Source: an uncultured bacterium (GTDB taxonomy: Bacteria; Patescibacteriota; Minisyncoccia; Phycocordibacterales; GWA1-40-21). Taken from it: DNA of 64,000 bases. The DNA lies in contig CAWDSG010000001.1 in the NCBI GenBank assembly GCA_963804975.1, forward strand, positions 118-64,117. The letters run 5' to 3'. The notes beneath the pieces were generated by a model. That model was not told the origin of the DNA and ran no database searches. It saw nothing but the letters and a program-made list of their open reading frames with translations. A program made the translations under genes and the position numbers. How positions within the stretch are numbered: the first letter of the stretch is position 1; the number at the start of each line of letters is the position of its first letter. Positions 47,861 to 56,771 of the stretch are shown one piece after another.

Positions 47861-48607
47861 TTAACTGAGTTCCGTTCCTTCTTTTATAAAATCCGGCACT
47901 TCAAGTATCGCCAGCTTGTCATCGGTCTTTGCCGCAAGAATCATTCCGTTGCTCAAAAGTCCCATCAAAGTTTTCGGTTCAAGATTTGTGGCAAAAACCG
48001 CTTTCTTGCCGGCAAGATTTTGGATATCCGAAAAAAATGGCGCGATTCCCGAAACAATCTGCCTTGGCGCTCCTTCGGCGAAATCCACGGAAAGTTTCAG
48101 AAGCTTGTCCGAACCTTCCACCGGCTCCGCAGAAAGTATTTTGCCGATTTTCATCTCAACTTTCTTGAAATCATCATAAGTAATTTTTTTATTTTGGCTT
48201 TTTTCCGCTTGTTTTTTCTTTTCCTGTCTGGCTTTTTCCTTGTCCAAAAAGGTCTGGAGAATTATGGAAGCGGCGGAAGCGTCAAGCATATCCGTCTTGC
48301 CGAAAGTTTTTTCAACTTGCATTGAAGACATGAATTCGCTTTCCAAAAATACCGGCAATTTAAGCTTCACCGACAAATCTTTCTTAAAAGAGATTATTTG
48401 AGGATTTATTTTATTGTCTTCTCCTTTGTAATTTTTTGATTCGCCAAGAACGATCGCTTCAACGGAAAGTTCTTTGCACATTTCGAATATTTTTTCCAGA
48501 AGTCCTTTATTTTCAAGCACAATCTTGGGAAAAGCGATTTTGCCTTCCACATCGGAAACCGCAATTCCTACTCTTTTTTTGCCATAATCTATGCCGAGAT
48601 ATTTCAT
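47861..48607 (-). CDS. YqgF/RuvX nuclease fused to a Trbp111/MetRS-C tRNA-binding domain
   Basis: YLGIDYGKKRVGIAVSD...DASAASIILQ, then a basic linker, then ITYDDFKKVEMKIGKI...RQIVSGI...NLEP...SNGMILAA in one frame. Confidence 0.88.
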   Translation of the reverse strand: MKYLGIDYGKKRVGIAVSDVEGKIAFPKIVLENKGLLEKIFEMCKELSVEAIVLGESKNYKGEDNKINPQIISFKKDLSVKLKLPVFLESEFMSSMQVEKTFGKTDMLDASAASIILQTFLDKEKARQEKKKQAEKSQNKKITYDDFKKVEMKIGKILSAEPVEGSDKLLKLSVDFAEGAPRQIVSGIAPFFSDIQNLAGKKAVFATNLEPKTLMGLLSNGMILAAKTDDKLAILEVPDFIKEGTELS

Positions 48608-48682
48608 ATCATTGAACAATATATCATAATCGGCATTTTTTAGATATTTGATTTTTAAGATCTAATTTACTATAATTAATCC

Positions 48683-48919
48683 ATGGATACACAAGCAATA
48701 AACGCATCTATTATGTCTATTATGTCAGCGCATCCATGGCTCATCGCCGTCGTAATCTGGTCAGCTATCTGGAAGCTTATCGCGCTTTGGAAATCGGCAA
48801 GGAATAATCATATGACTATGTTTATTATCATTGCCATTTTAAACACAGCCGGAATATTGGAAATAATCTATCTGATCTGGCTTTATTACAGAAATAAGAA
48901 AAATCAAAAAACCGCTTAA
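48683..48919 (+). CDS. DUF5652-like small membrane protein
   Basis: WS.IWK..ALWKSAR...LNTAGILEIIY. Confidence 0.8.
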   Translation: MDTQAINASIMSIMSAHPWLIAVVIWSAIWKLIALWKSARNNHMTMFIIIAILNTAGILEIIYLIWLYYRNKKNQKTA

Positions 48920-48973
48920 AAACGGTTTTTTAAATTTCCTTTTTCGCTTTCATAATTATATAATCAGATAATT

Positions 48974-50122
48974 ATGAATGACGATGTGTATAAAAAATCG
49001 CTTGAGCTTCACAGAAAATGCCGCGGCAAGCTTGAAACGAAAAGCAAGATAAAACTTGATTCAAAAGAAATTCTTTCGCTTGCGTATACCCCCGGTGTTG
49101 CGGAAGTTTCAAGGGCTATTGCAAAAGATTCGAAACTTGCAAGAGAATTTACGCTAAAAGGCAATACTGTAGCTATTGTTACCGATGGCTCATCAATACT
49201 CGGCCTTGGCAATCTTGGACCTCTCGCGGCCATTCCGGTAATGGAAGGCAAGGCGGCAATTTTCAAAGAATTTGCCGGAGTAAATGCATTTCCAATCTGC
49301 CTTGATACGCAAGATACCGAAGAAATAATCAAAGCCGTGAAACAAATCGCTCCTGTTTTTGGAGGAATCAATCTTGAGGATATAGCCGCGCCAAAATGTT
49401 TTGAAATAGAATCGCGATTGCGAAAAGAATTAAATATTCCGGTAATGCATGACGACCAATGGGGCGCTGCCACGGTAATATTATCTGCATTGATAAATGC
49501 TTTAAAATTAACCAAACAAAAAAAGGAAGATGTTAAGGTTGTAATCAGCGGAGTTGGAGCTGCCGGCGTCGCCACTGCAAGATTGCTTATCATATACGGA
49601 ATAAAAAATATTTTATTCTGCGACAGCAAAGGAATAATTCATCATGGCAGAACAGACCTTACTTCCGAGAAAAAAGAATTGTTGGAAAAAAGTTCTGCTT
49701 CGGCAAAAGAAGGCGTGCTTTCAGACGCGATAAAAAATGCGAACATTTTTATCGGACTTTCCAAACCGGGAGTGCTCACGCCAGAAATGATAAAAATAAT
49801 GTCAGAAAAACCGGTTATTTTTGCTCTTGCAAATCCAGTTCCCGAAATAATGCCGTCTGATGCGCAGAAAGCCGGCACGTATATCGTGGCAACGGGACGA
49901 AGCGATTTTCCGAACCAAATAAATAATTCTCTTGTTTTCCCAGGCGCGTTCAAAGGAATGCTTGAAGCGGATATTCCCCAATTCAAAATAGAAATGTTCA
50001 GTGCCATTGCGGAAGCTCTCGCAAATCATGTAAAAAATCCTTCTCCTGAAAACATAATTCCTTCAATGTTTGATAAAAAAGTTGTAAAAGTTGTTTCTGG
50101 AATTATAAAAAAATTTGCGTAA
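48974..50122 (+). CDS. NAD(P)-dependent malic enzyme
   Basis: AYTPGVA, PVMEGKA, INLEDI, HDDQ, GVGAAG, ALANPVPEI. Confidence 0.95.
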   Translation: MNDDVYKKSLELHRKCRGKLETKSKIKLDSKEILSLAYTPGVAEVSRAIAKDSKLAREFTLKGNTVAIVTDGSSILGLGNLGPLAAIPVMEGKAAIFKEFAGVNAFPICLDTQDTEEIIKAVKQIAPVFGGINLEDIAAPKCFEIESRLRKELNIPVMHDDQWGAATVILSALINALKLTKQKKEDVKVVISGVGAAGVATARLLIIYGIKNILFCDSKGIIHHGRTDLTSEKKELLEKSSASAKEGVLSDAIKNANIFIGLSKPGVLTPEMIKIMSEKPVIFALANPVPEIMPSDAQKAGTYIVATGRSDFPNQINNSLVFPGAFKGMLEADIPQFKIEMFSAIAEALANHVKNPSPENIIPSMFDKKVVKVVSGIIKKFA

Positions 50123-50128
50123 GATTCG

Positions 50129-51145
50129 CTAACTGATTTTTCCGCGATTTGAAGGAAAAGGAACTACTTTTCTAATATCACTTTCTCCTCTTAAAAATTT
50201 CAGAATTCTTGCAATACCAAACCCCCCACCCGAGTGGATAGGCATTACTTTTAATTCCTCAAAAATCTTTAAATACCATCTGAAATCATCCAGACCACCG
50301 CCACTTTTTTTCAAACGCTTAAACATTTCCGAACGAAACAGTCGATCTTTGAAATCTTTGAACTTTTCAACCCTTTGAGCACCACCCAAAGCTTCTCCGC
50401 CAATAGGTAATAATAAATCTACAGATAAAAGCCGTGATGGATTTTTTGAATCAGGAACCATATTGAAAAATTTTATTACTTCAATATCTTTTATATTTTT
50501 CCAAAGAGAATCTGGGTGATGAGTCAGTAATATCGGTTGATTATTAAATTTCTTGATTAACCTTTGTTCCTCCTTTGAAGAAATGTCTTTTCCAAATTTG
50601 GCATTTAAAATCTTAATTGCTTGGTCATAAGTAACTCTTGGAAAATTGGGTTTTATTTTCTTAAGCCTTATCACATCCTGTTTTCTAAGCCCCATTTCTT
50701 TCCGTGTTTTTTCTGGCAAATGTAAAATATCATGGATAATTCTTAACATTATTCTTTCAATATAGTTCAGCAGCTTCTCTAGCCCTCCCACAAATTCTAT
50801 TTCTGCCATTGCAAATTCAATCAGATGCCTTTTTACATCCCCATCGTCGGCCCTAAACGTTGGACCGATTGAAAATACTTTTTTAAGAGAAGGGATTACC
50901 GCCTCCAGATCAAATTGGGCTGTTTGTAAAAGATGGGCACGATGCGGTTTTTTCGGTCGAAACCATAACAGGTTTTTTTCTTTGGCAACATAAAACATGG
51001 TGTTTATGCTTTCGCACGCTCCCGAAGCCCTTACGATCGTCGGCGGAAAAATTTCCACAAAACTTTCGTTTTCAAGAAAATTTCTGAAGGATTTTGTTAC
51101 TTGTAACACCAGCTTGATATTTTGAATTTTTTCTTTTGTTTTCAT
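50129..51145 (-). CDS. Class IIb aaRS catalytic-domain paralog (asparagine synthetase A / AsnRS-like) lacking the anticodon-binding domain
   Basis: GACE, LLQTAQ, FRAD...RHL.EF, GEALGGAQR, HSGGGFGIAR. Confidence 0.8.
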   Translation of the reverse strand: MKTKEKIQNIKLVLQVTKSFRNFLENESFVEIFPPTIVRASGACESINTMFYVAKEKNLLWFRPKKPHRAHLLQTAQFDLEAVIPSLKKVFSIGPTFRADDGDVKRHLIEFAMAEIEFVGGLEKLLNYIERIMLRIIHDILHLPEKTRKEMGLRKQDVIRLKKIKPNFPRVTYDQAIKILNAKFGKDISSKEEQRLIKKFNNQPILLTHHPDSLWKNIKDIEVIKFFNMVPDSKNPSRLLSVDLLLPIGGEALGGAQRVEKFKDFKDRLFRSEMFKRLKKSGGGLDDFRWYLKIFEELKVMPIHSGGGFGIARILKFLRGESDIRKVVPFPSNRGKIS

Positions 51146-51167
51146 ACATTAAAAACTGAAAATAACA

Positions 51168-51716
51168 TTATTTTTTATATTTTTCAAGAATTTTTGACCA
51201 TTTTTCATAATTTTCTTTGGCAAAATTTTTATGTTCCTCGGAACTGATGCGTTTGAACATCCAATCTAGTTTTTCTTTGATTTTTTTGTATCCTTCAATT
51301 GGCGCTTTTTTGACAACAAACATTTCGGCGTTTGTTTCAAAATAACTTACTGAATCAGCATCCATAAGCGCATTTTGCTCAAAATCACCGCCAACCTCAT
51401 GTTTGCTTATAAGATGTTTGACCGTTTCAACAAGTTCTTTCGGTGCTTTTTGAGTGCTTAGAAATTCTGACATAATTTCAGCGCCTTTTTCCTGATGATT
51501 CCTTAAAAACTCCTGATCAAGATAGTTTTCAGGAACTGATTTGTTTTTGTCTCTGAAAGCGCGTTCAATATCGTGGCTGTATGCAGCGATTTTTTGAGCT
51601 TCCGTTGCTTTAGGCAGAAATTTCTCAATCCAAAATACAGCTCTTTCAAAATGAGGTTTTTGTTTACCTTGAAAAGATTTATCTACATATTCAATTGTTT
51701 TTTGATATAAATTCAT
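51168..51716 (-). CDS. HD-domain (DUF4202-like) protein
   Basis: H..RA, AYSHDIER, KHE, DADS.SYFE. Confidence 0.8.
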   Translation of the reverse strand: MNLYQKTIEYVDKSFQGKQKPHFERAVFWIEKFLPKATEAQKIAAYSHDIERAFRDKNKSVPENYLDQEFLRNHQEKGAEIMSEFLSTQKAPKELVETVKHLISKHEVGGDFEQNALMDADSVSYFETNAEMFVVKKAPIEGYKKIKEKLDWMFKRISSEEHKNFAKENYEKWSKILEKYKK

Positions 51717-51747
51717 TTTCGGTATTGAGATATTCGGATCACATTTA

Positions 51748-52233
51748 TTATTCGAATGAGATGAAATGTTTGAGAGATTCAGACCCATATATTTTTATTA
51801 AACCTTGTGTTCTTGTACGCATATCAGGATCTTTCTTTGCAATATTTTCATACCATGTATCAATTGCTGTAGCTATGTCATTACAAAATATATCTATTTG
51901 CATTTGTAAGATACCTTTAAAATTATTCATATGCACGATATTAGCACGAGGAGGTGGGGTAATAAAGTGAACTTTTTCAATTACCATCCGAGTATCCGTA
52001 TCAACACCTTGGTGTAAACAACTACAACGGAAGCACCATGCATCTTCCGCAGAAAACATCGATGTATAAATAGCTAAGTTTTCGTTGAACCATCTTTTGT
52101 ACCTAATCCCGTTTTCTTCATTTGGAGTTTCTATAACTCCACAGATATCTGGCATACAAAGTGCAAGAAAAAGTGCAGCAAACCAATTTTTATCTATTAT
52201 TGCTTTTCTTATTGAGTTTGTGAAATCTTGCAT
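51748..52233 (-). CDS. Hypothetical protein (HEPN-like/Abi-like family)
   Basis: AL.LAL..PDICG...Y..W...RCS.LHQG; the RxxxxH pattern resembles HEPN. Confidence 0.65.
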   Translation of the reverse strand: MQDFTNSIRKAIIDKNWFAALFLALCMPDICGVIETPNEENGIRYKRWFNENLAIYTSMFSAEDAWCFRCSCLHQGVDTDTRMVIEKVHFITPPPRANIVHMNNFKGILQMQIDIFCNDIATAIDTWYENIAKKDPDMRTRTQGLIKIYGSESLKHFISFE

Positions 52234-52490
52234 ATTTAGTGCTTGGGTAACTCCGATATTTAATTCTCTTGGCGGAGAGGCTCGTGTTCCGAACTTTCTC
52301 GGTCAAGCCCTGTAATGTTATTTCAACGATTTTCAGCATATCAAATTGATGCGTCTCGTGCTACTACAAAAGGTGACACTTTTATTGAGCAAAGATTACA
52401 GTAGTATGTAACCTTTTGTTATTTTATAAGGCTTAAATTAAAAATAAATTGTAACAAAGTTACATTCTAAATTTGAGAATTTTATATATC

Positions 52491-52718
52491 TTAAAGATAA
52501 AATGAAACGAATTGAAGTAAAAATCCAATTGCAAGAAGCCCTACACCGAAAAAACCGATCACTCGATCTGTAGAAAAAAACTTTTTTGCATATGGATTAC
52601 TACCCCAATAAGTTTTGGATTCTTTTTCTATACGGTCTTTAGACCTAATCATCCCCAGTCCTAAAAGTAAGCTTCCAGCAAAATTAAAAAATAGTCCAAT
52701 AAGTTCCAATGCTTTCAT
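52491..52718 (-). CDS. Small 2-TM membrane protein
   Basis: Two hydrophobic segments; 4 nt downstream of the previous stop. Confidence 0.7.
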   Translation of the reverse strand: MKALELIGLFFNFAGSLLLGLGMIRSKDRIEKESKTYWGSNPYAKKFFSTDRVIGFFGVGLLAIGFLLQFVSFYL

Positions 52719-52722
52719 GTTT

Positions 52723-53334
52723 TTATTTTTTTATATCCTCCCTATCTTTTTTAGTAAAGAGTGAATACAGATATAATATTATTGATGTCAGCAAAAGAAG
52801 AAATAAAATGGTGTCCAAAATTAAACCGAAATTTATTTTTTGATACGCATTTACCCACTCCATAATTATTTTAGCTATGGCTGAAATGGTCAACAATGTA
52901 GGGAATGCCAATACGTAGATGAACCATGTCCAGTTTGAAAATGCAGGATAGTCTGATAGGTAGGATTTTCCCTCTCTGGTAATAAGATCCTCTCCAAATT
53001 TATTATTCATTTTATCCTCGATCTTATGAACATACTTGTATTGTCTTTCAATAAAAATCGCGGACTGGAAATATCTCAACGTAAACACAAGTAACAAGAA
53101 CCACACGATATTTCCGATAATGGAGAAATTCAATTCCAAGTTCAGACCATATTTTGACATTAACAGACTTTGTACAATTTGGTTTGACACACTGGGAAAC
53201 AATGCCTGAAAAGCGAAAAAGAAAAGCGTAAGAACAACCCATAACAACGCCCTGTCGCGGCGTTTTATGGTATCATTAATATTCGAACAAGTTTCTTTGT
53301 AATGGTCGTACAAAGTTGAGGTACTATCCAACAT
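52723..53334 (-). CDS. 4-TM membrane protein, candidate defence effector
   Basis: Four hydrophobic helices; 2 nt downstream of the TIR gene stop. Confidence 0.75.
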   Translation of the reverse strand: MLDSTSTLYDHYKETCSNINDTIKRRDRALLWVVLTLFFFAFQALFPSVSNQIVQSLLMSKYGLNLELNFSIIGNIVWFLLLVFTLRYFQSAIFIERQYKYVHKIEDKMNNKFGEDLITREGKSYLSDYPAFSNWTWFIYVLAFPTLLTISAIAKIIMEWVNAYQKINFGLILDTILFLLLLTSIILYLYSLFTKKDREDIKK

Positions 53335-53336
53335 AT

Positions 53337-53774
53337 TTATCTTTTAGGGTAAGGAGCTTCGTCCAAAGCTTTTATGATATTATCTTCTGTAAAAGAATAG
53401 CACCATGAAGCATTTGCTCCAGTAAGCTCATCCGGTGAATCATAGGTTCTGTCGAGTTTTACTACGGCAATACGCTTACCAAGTTCTTTACTTTTTGCAA
53501 TTTCAAAATTGATCCAATTTTTATAACCGATCAAAGCCCTGTTTCTGTGCGGTGCATTTGCATTTTCTCCGACAATAACAAGAGTGTGGGTTGCTTCTTT
53601 GATTTTTAAAGTAAGTGCAGCTTTTACCCTTCCAACATTTGTGCTGTCAATTTCCTCTGGAGTTGCATCATCAAAGACAAACTCAAATCTTGGGTGTTTA
53701 TTCCATGCTTCTAAAAGAAATTTATATTTTTTATCATCTGTATAATCAAAACTAACGAAAATTTCTGGTTTCAT
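53337..53774 (-). CDS. ThsB-like TIR domain protein (DUF1863-like)
   Basis: IFVSF N-terminus, TLVIVG, WINFEI motif with the catalytic Glu position. Confidence 0.88.
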   Translation of the reverse strand: MKPEIFVSFDYTDDKKYKFLLEAWNKHPRFEFVFDDATPEEIDSTNVGRVKAALTLKIKEATHTLVIVGENANAPHRNRALIGYKNWINFEIAKSKELGKRIAVVKLDRTYDSPDELTGANASWCYSFTEDNIIKALDEAPYPKR

Positions 53775-53786
53775 ATATTTTATGAA

Positions 53787-54404
53787 TTAGTATAGATCAG
53801 TGGGAAGCACAGCCACGACAACTCCCTGAATCTTACAATTATCTGTTAATATAATCGGCTTGTGTGCAGGATTTTTTGATCTTGGTCTCAAAATCACTGC
53901 ATCGTTTGTTCTCTCAAACATTTTCACTGTCGCTTCCTCATCAATCAAAGCTACGACTTTATCACCATTCTCAGCGCTTTCTTGCTGTCGAACCAAAAGA
54001 ATATTTCCGTCATTGATCCCGGCGAGATTCATGGAATCTCCCTCTGCTCTTAAAAGAAAATATTTCGATCCCTTTTTCGCAAGAGCTGTCGATACTGGAA
54101 GATATGTTTCAATATTTTGTTTGGCGAGCATCGGTGCTCCGCACGGCACCGATCCTACTAATGGAATATTGATTGTTGAGATGGAAGTCGGTATGCCGAA
54201 ATCGGTTGATATTATCTTTCCATCCTTTCTTTTGATAAAGCCCTCCTTTTCAAGACGATCGAGCACCAAACTGGCTGAACGGGGAGATTTACCCTTCGTC
54301 ACCTCGTTTATTTCAGCTAGGGTTGGTCCTGTACCAGTATGGATGAACTTGTTCCTGATAAGGATAAGCGCTTTTTTGTCCTTGTCACTTGTGTCTCTTG
54401 GCAT
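53787..54404 (-). CDS. lexA: LexA-family repressor
   Basis: N-terminal wHTH (PTLAEI), VPCG cleavage site, GDSM serine, ATVK lysine. Confidence 0.92.
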   Translation of the reverse strand: MPRDTSDKDKKALILIRNKFIHTGTGPTLAEINEVTKGKSPRSASLVLDRLEKEGFIKRKDGKIISTDFGIPTSISTINIPLVGSVPCGAPMLAKQNIETYLPVSTALAKKGSKYFLLRAEGDSMNLAGINDGNILLVRQQESAENGDKVVALIDEEATVKMFERTNDAVILRPRSKNPAHKPIILTDNCKIQGVVVAVLPTDLY

Positions 54405-54465
54405 ATTGGTATAAGATAGTATACATGAAGGTATAAATATTGCAAGCCAGTTATAAACAGAAAAT

Positions 54466-54876
54466 ATGGAATACAAAATGGAAGCAAAACCGTTCATTCA
54501 AAAAGACGGGGTAAAATATAAAACTATTCAGGTAACCGATATTACTCTTCACTCCGATCATCTCAGAGTAACGGCAAATATCGGCGACAAGATTAAAAAA
54601 GCCTTTGACATAAATCGAGCCGGAAGATTTTACGAGGATTCCGTTCTGAAAGATGTCCTGGAAAATCAAAGAAAATATATTTTGGAAAAATTGAGCAACG
54701 ATCCGAGCTTTCGGGAATTCGTTCTGGAAGAAGAACGCAACGGATACAAGATACTGCTCGATATACCAAAAGAGGGCGTACCCGTTTTGGCGGGAAAAGA
54801 TACCGTAGAATTTTTAAATAGCAAGAACGGCAAGAGAGTTTTACGGGGACTTGCAAAAGAGAAACGAGAGGATTAG
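54466..54876 (+). CDS. Hypothetical protein divergent from lexA
   Basis: 136-aa ATG-start ORF. Confidence 0.65.
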   Translation: MEYKMEAKPFIQKDGVKYKTIQVTDITLHSDHLRVTANIGDKIKKAFDINRAGRFYEDSVLKDVLENQRKYILEKLSNDPSFREFVLEEERNGYKILLDIPKEGVPVLAGKDTVEFLNSKNGKRVLRGLAKEKRED

Positions 54877-55050
54877 AATATGAATGTTCGGGTTTCTGCG
54901 TAGTAAAAAGTAGAATAGCGTACCGCATAAAAAACCGTGCCTATTCCGCGCAAGAAATGAATCAAGATCTAGTCGGTCTTCTTTTATTTCGTTGTGTGGA
55001 GTGGGCTTTTTCTATTTCCATGCATTTTATAAAAATAATTTTTGTAAATT

Positions 55051-56368
55051 ATGCAAAAATTAAAAAGGGAGGTGTCAAAGAAATTAGTTTGGCACACCGA
55101 AGTCAGGAGAGTGCGAGATTTATCCCCTTACAAGAAGAATCCCCGTTTGATTAGCGACGTGCAGATGCAGGCGCTTCAGCGAAGCTTGAAGAAGTTCAAC
55201 CTTGCCGAACTGCCCGCGATCAACAAGGACGGGACTATTGTCGCTGGTCATCAAAGAATAAAGGCTTTGATACTGCTTGGTCGAGAGAATGAAAAAATCG
55301 AGGTGAGAATTCCATCGCGACAACTTACACCATCTGAGTTCAAGGATTATTTGCTCACCTCGAACAGCTCTGGAGGGAGCTGGAATTGGGAAATGCTTTC
55401 CAATGATTTTGATTTTGAAACGCTCAAGACGGTCGGTTTCGACGACATCGACCTGAGTCGTGTGTTTGATGAGCGTATCAAGAAGTCAGAAGATAAATGG
55501 GACGATGAAGCCGAGTTGAAAAAAATAAAGAAGACGAATATCAAAACAGGCGATTATTTCGCCCTCGGCAGACACCGTTTGATTTGCGGTTCATCGCTCG
55601 ACAAAGCAATGGTGAATACACTAATGGACGGAGCAAAAGCTGATCTTGTTGACGATGACGTACCTTTTAATATAGGGCTTTCATACGACAAAGGCGTGGG
55701 CAATAAACGCAATTATGGCGGAACGACAAATGATAATAAAACGGATGAGGAATATAAAACATTCGTCAAGACAATTATCGAGAATGCACTTTCAGTCACT
55801 AACAAAGATGCACATATCATATTCTGGTGCGATGAGCGCTATGTGTGGCTTTTACAGACGCTTTACAAAGAACTTGGGATCGATTCGAAGCGACTCCTCA
55901 TTTGGGTTAAGAACAATTCTTCACCCACACCCACGGTCGCTTTCAACAAGGTGGTAGAGTTTGCCGTATACGGCAGTATCGGAAGACCGTATCTCTCCAA
56001 GATCGCAACCGATCTCAATGAAATACAAAATGACGGAATGACAGGGGGTAACGATCTGCACGATGAGATTATCAACAACTCCAATCTCATGCTCACCAAA
56101 AAGACTTCCAAGCAATCAATACGGTCATCCTACGGAGAAAAGCCCTCTTCTGCATTACAAGGCAATCAGACGCTGTACCAGAGTCGGCGGTATCGTCCTC
56201 GACCTTACAGCGGGTTCAGGGAGCATACTCATGGCGTGCGAAGAATTAAAACGAACAGCATATCTCTGTGAGCTTGAGCCGGTGTTCTGCCAGCTCATCA
56301 TCAATCATTATGAGAAGCTTTCGGGAAAGAAAGCAAAATTAATTGCACGCTCCCATGAAGAAAAATAG
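55051..56368 (+). CDS. ParB-like N-terminus plus N6/N4 DNA methyltransferase; frameshift near 56100
   Basis: NPR, AGHQR, LGRHRLICG, DVPFN; HPTEK, LDLTAGSGS and ELEP in the second frame. Confidence 0.85.
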
Positions 56369-56771
56369 AATACAAGGAATATTCTTGGAGCATCTGAAAA
56401 CCGTTCCGATCGTGCAGGTATGTTGCGACAAGGCGGGCGTATCAAGAAACAGCGTATACGAGTGGCGAAAGAAAGACCCGAAATTCGCGGAAAATATGGA
56501 CAAGGCGATGATTGAGGGTGAAGCATTCATCAACGATATTAGCGAGGGACAACTCTTCAATCTCATCAAAGAGAAAAGCTGGCCCGCGCTTGCATTTTGG
56601 CTGAGAAGCAGACATCCAAAATTCAAAGAAAAGGTCGAGATTACCGGAACGATAAAAAACGAAGAGAAAGTTCTCGATTACGAGCAGGAGCAATTGCTCA
56701 GAGAAGCGCTCCGTCTTGCATTGCCGAACAATAATATAAAAAATCCAAATGGAAAACCAAAACCGCAATGA
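56355..56771 (+). CDS. Terminase small subunit-like HTH protein
   Basis: CDKAGVSRNSVYEWRKKDPKF; FWLR; overlaps terL. Confidence 0.7.
   Translation: MKKNRIQGIFLEHLKTVPIVQVCCDKAGVSRNSVYEWRKKDPKFAENMDKAMIEGEAFINDISEGQLFNLIKEKSWPALAFWLRSRHPKFKEKVEITGTIKNEEKVLDYEQEQLLREALRLALPNNNIKNPNGKPKPQ

Noticed and set aside
52370-52470. GTAAC/GTTAC inverted motifs as a LexA box or att arm
   Set aside because: They are short, have inconsistent spacing and lie downstream of the operon rather than at its promoter.
56090-56110. Programmed frameshift in the ParB-MTase
   Set aside because: It falls in an A-run and splits a single conserved domain; a sequencing indel is more likely.
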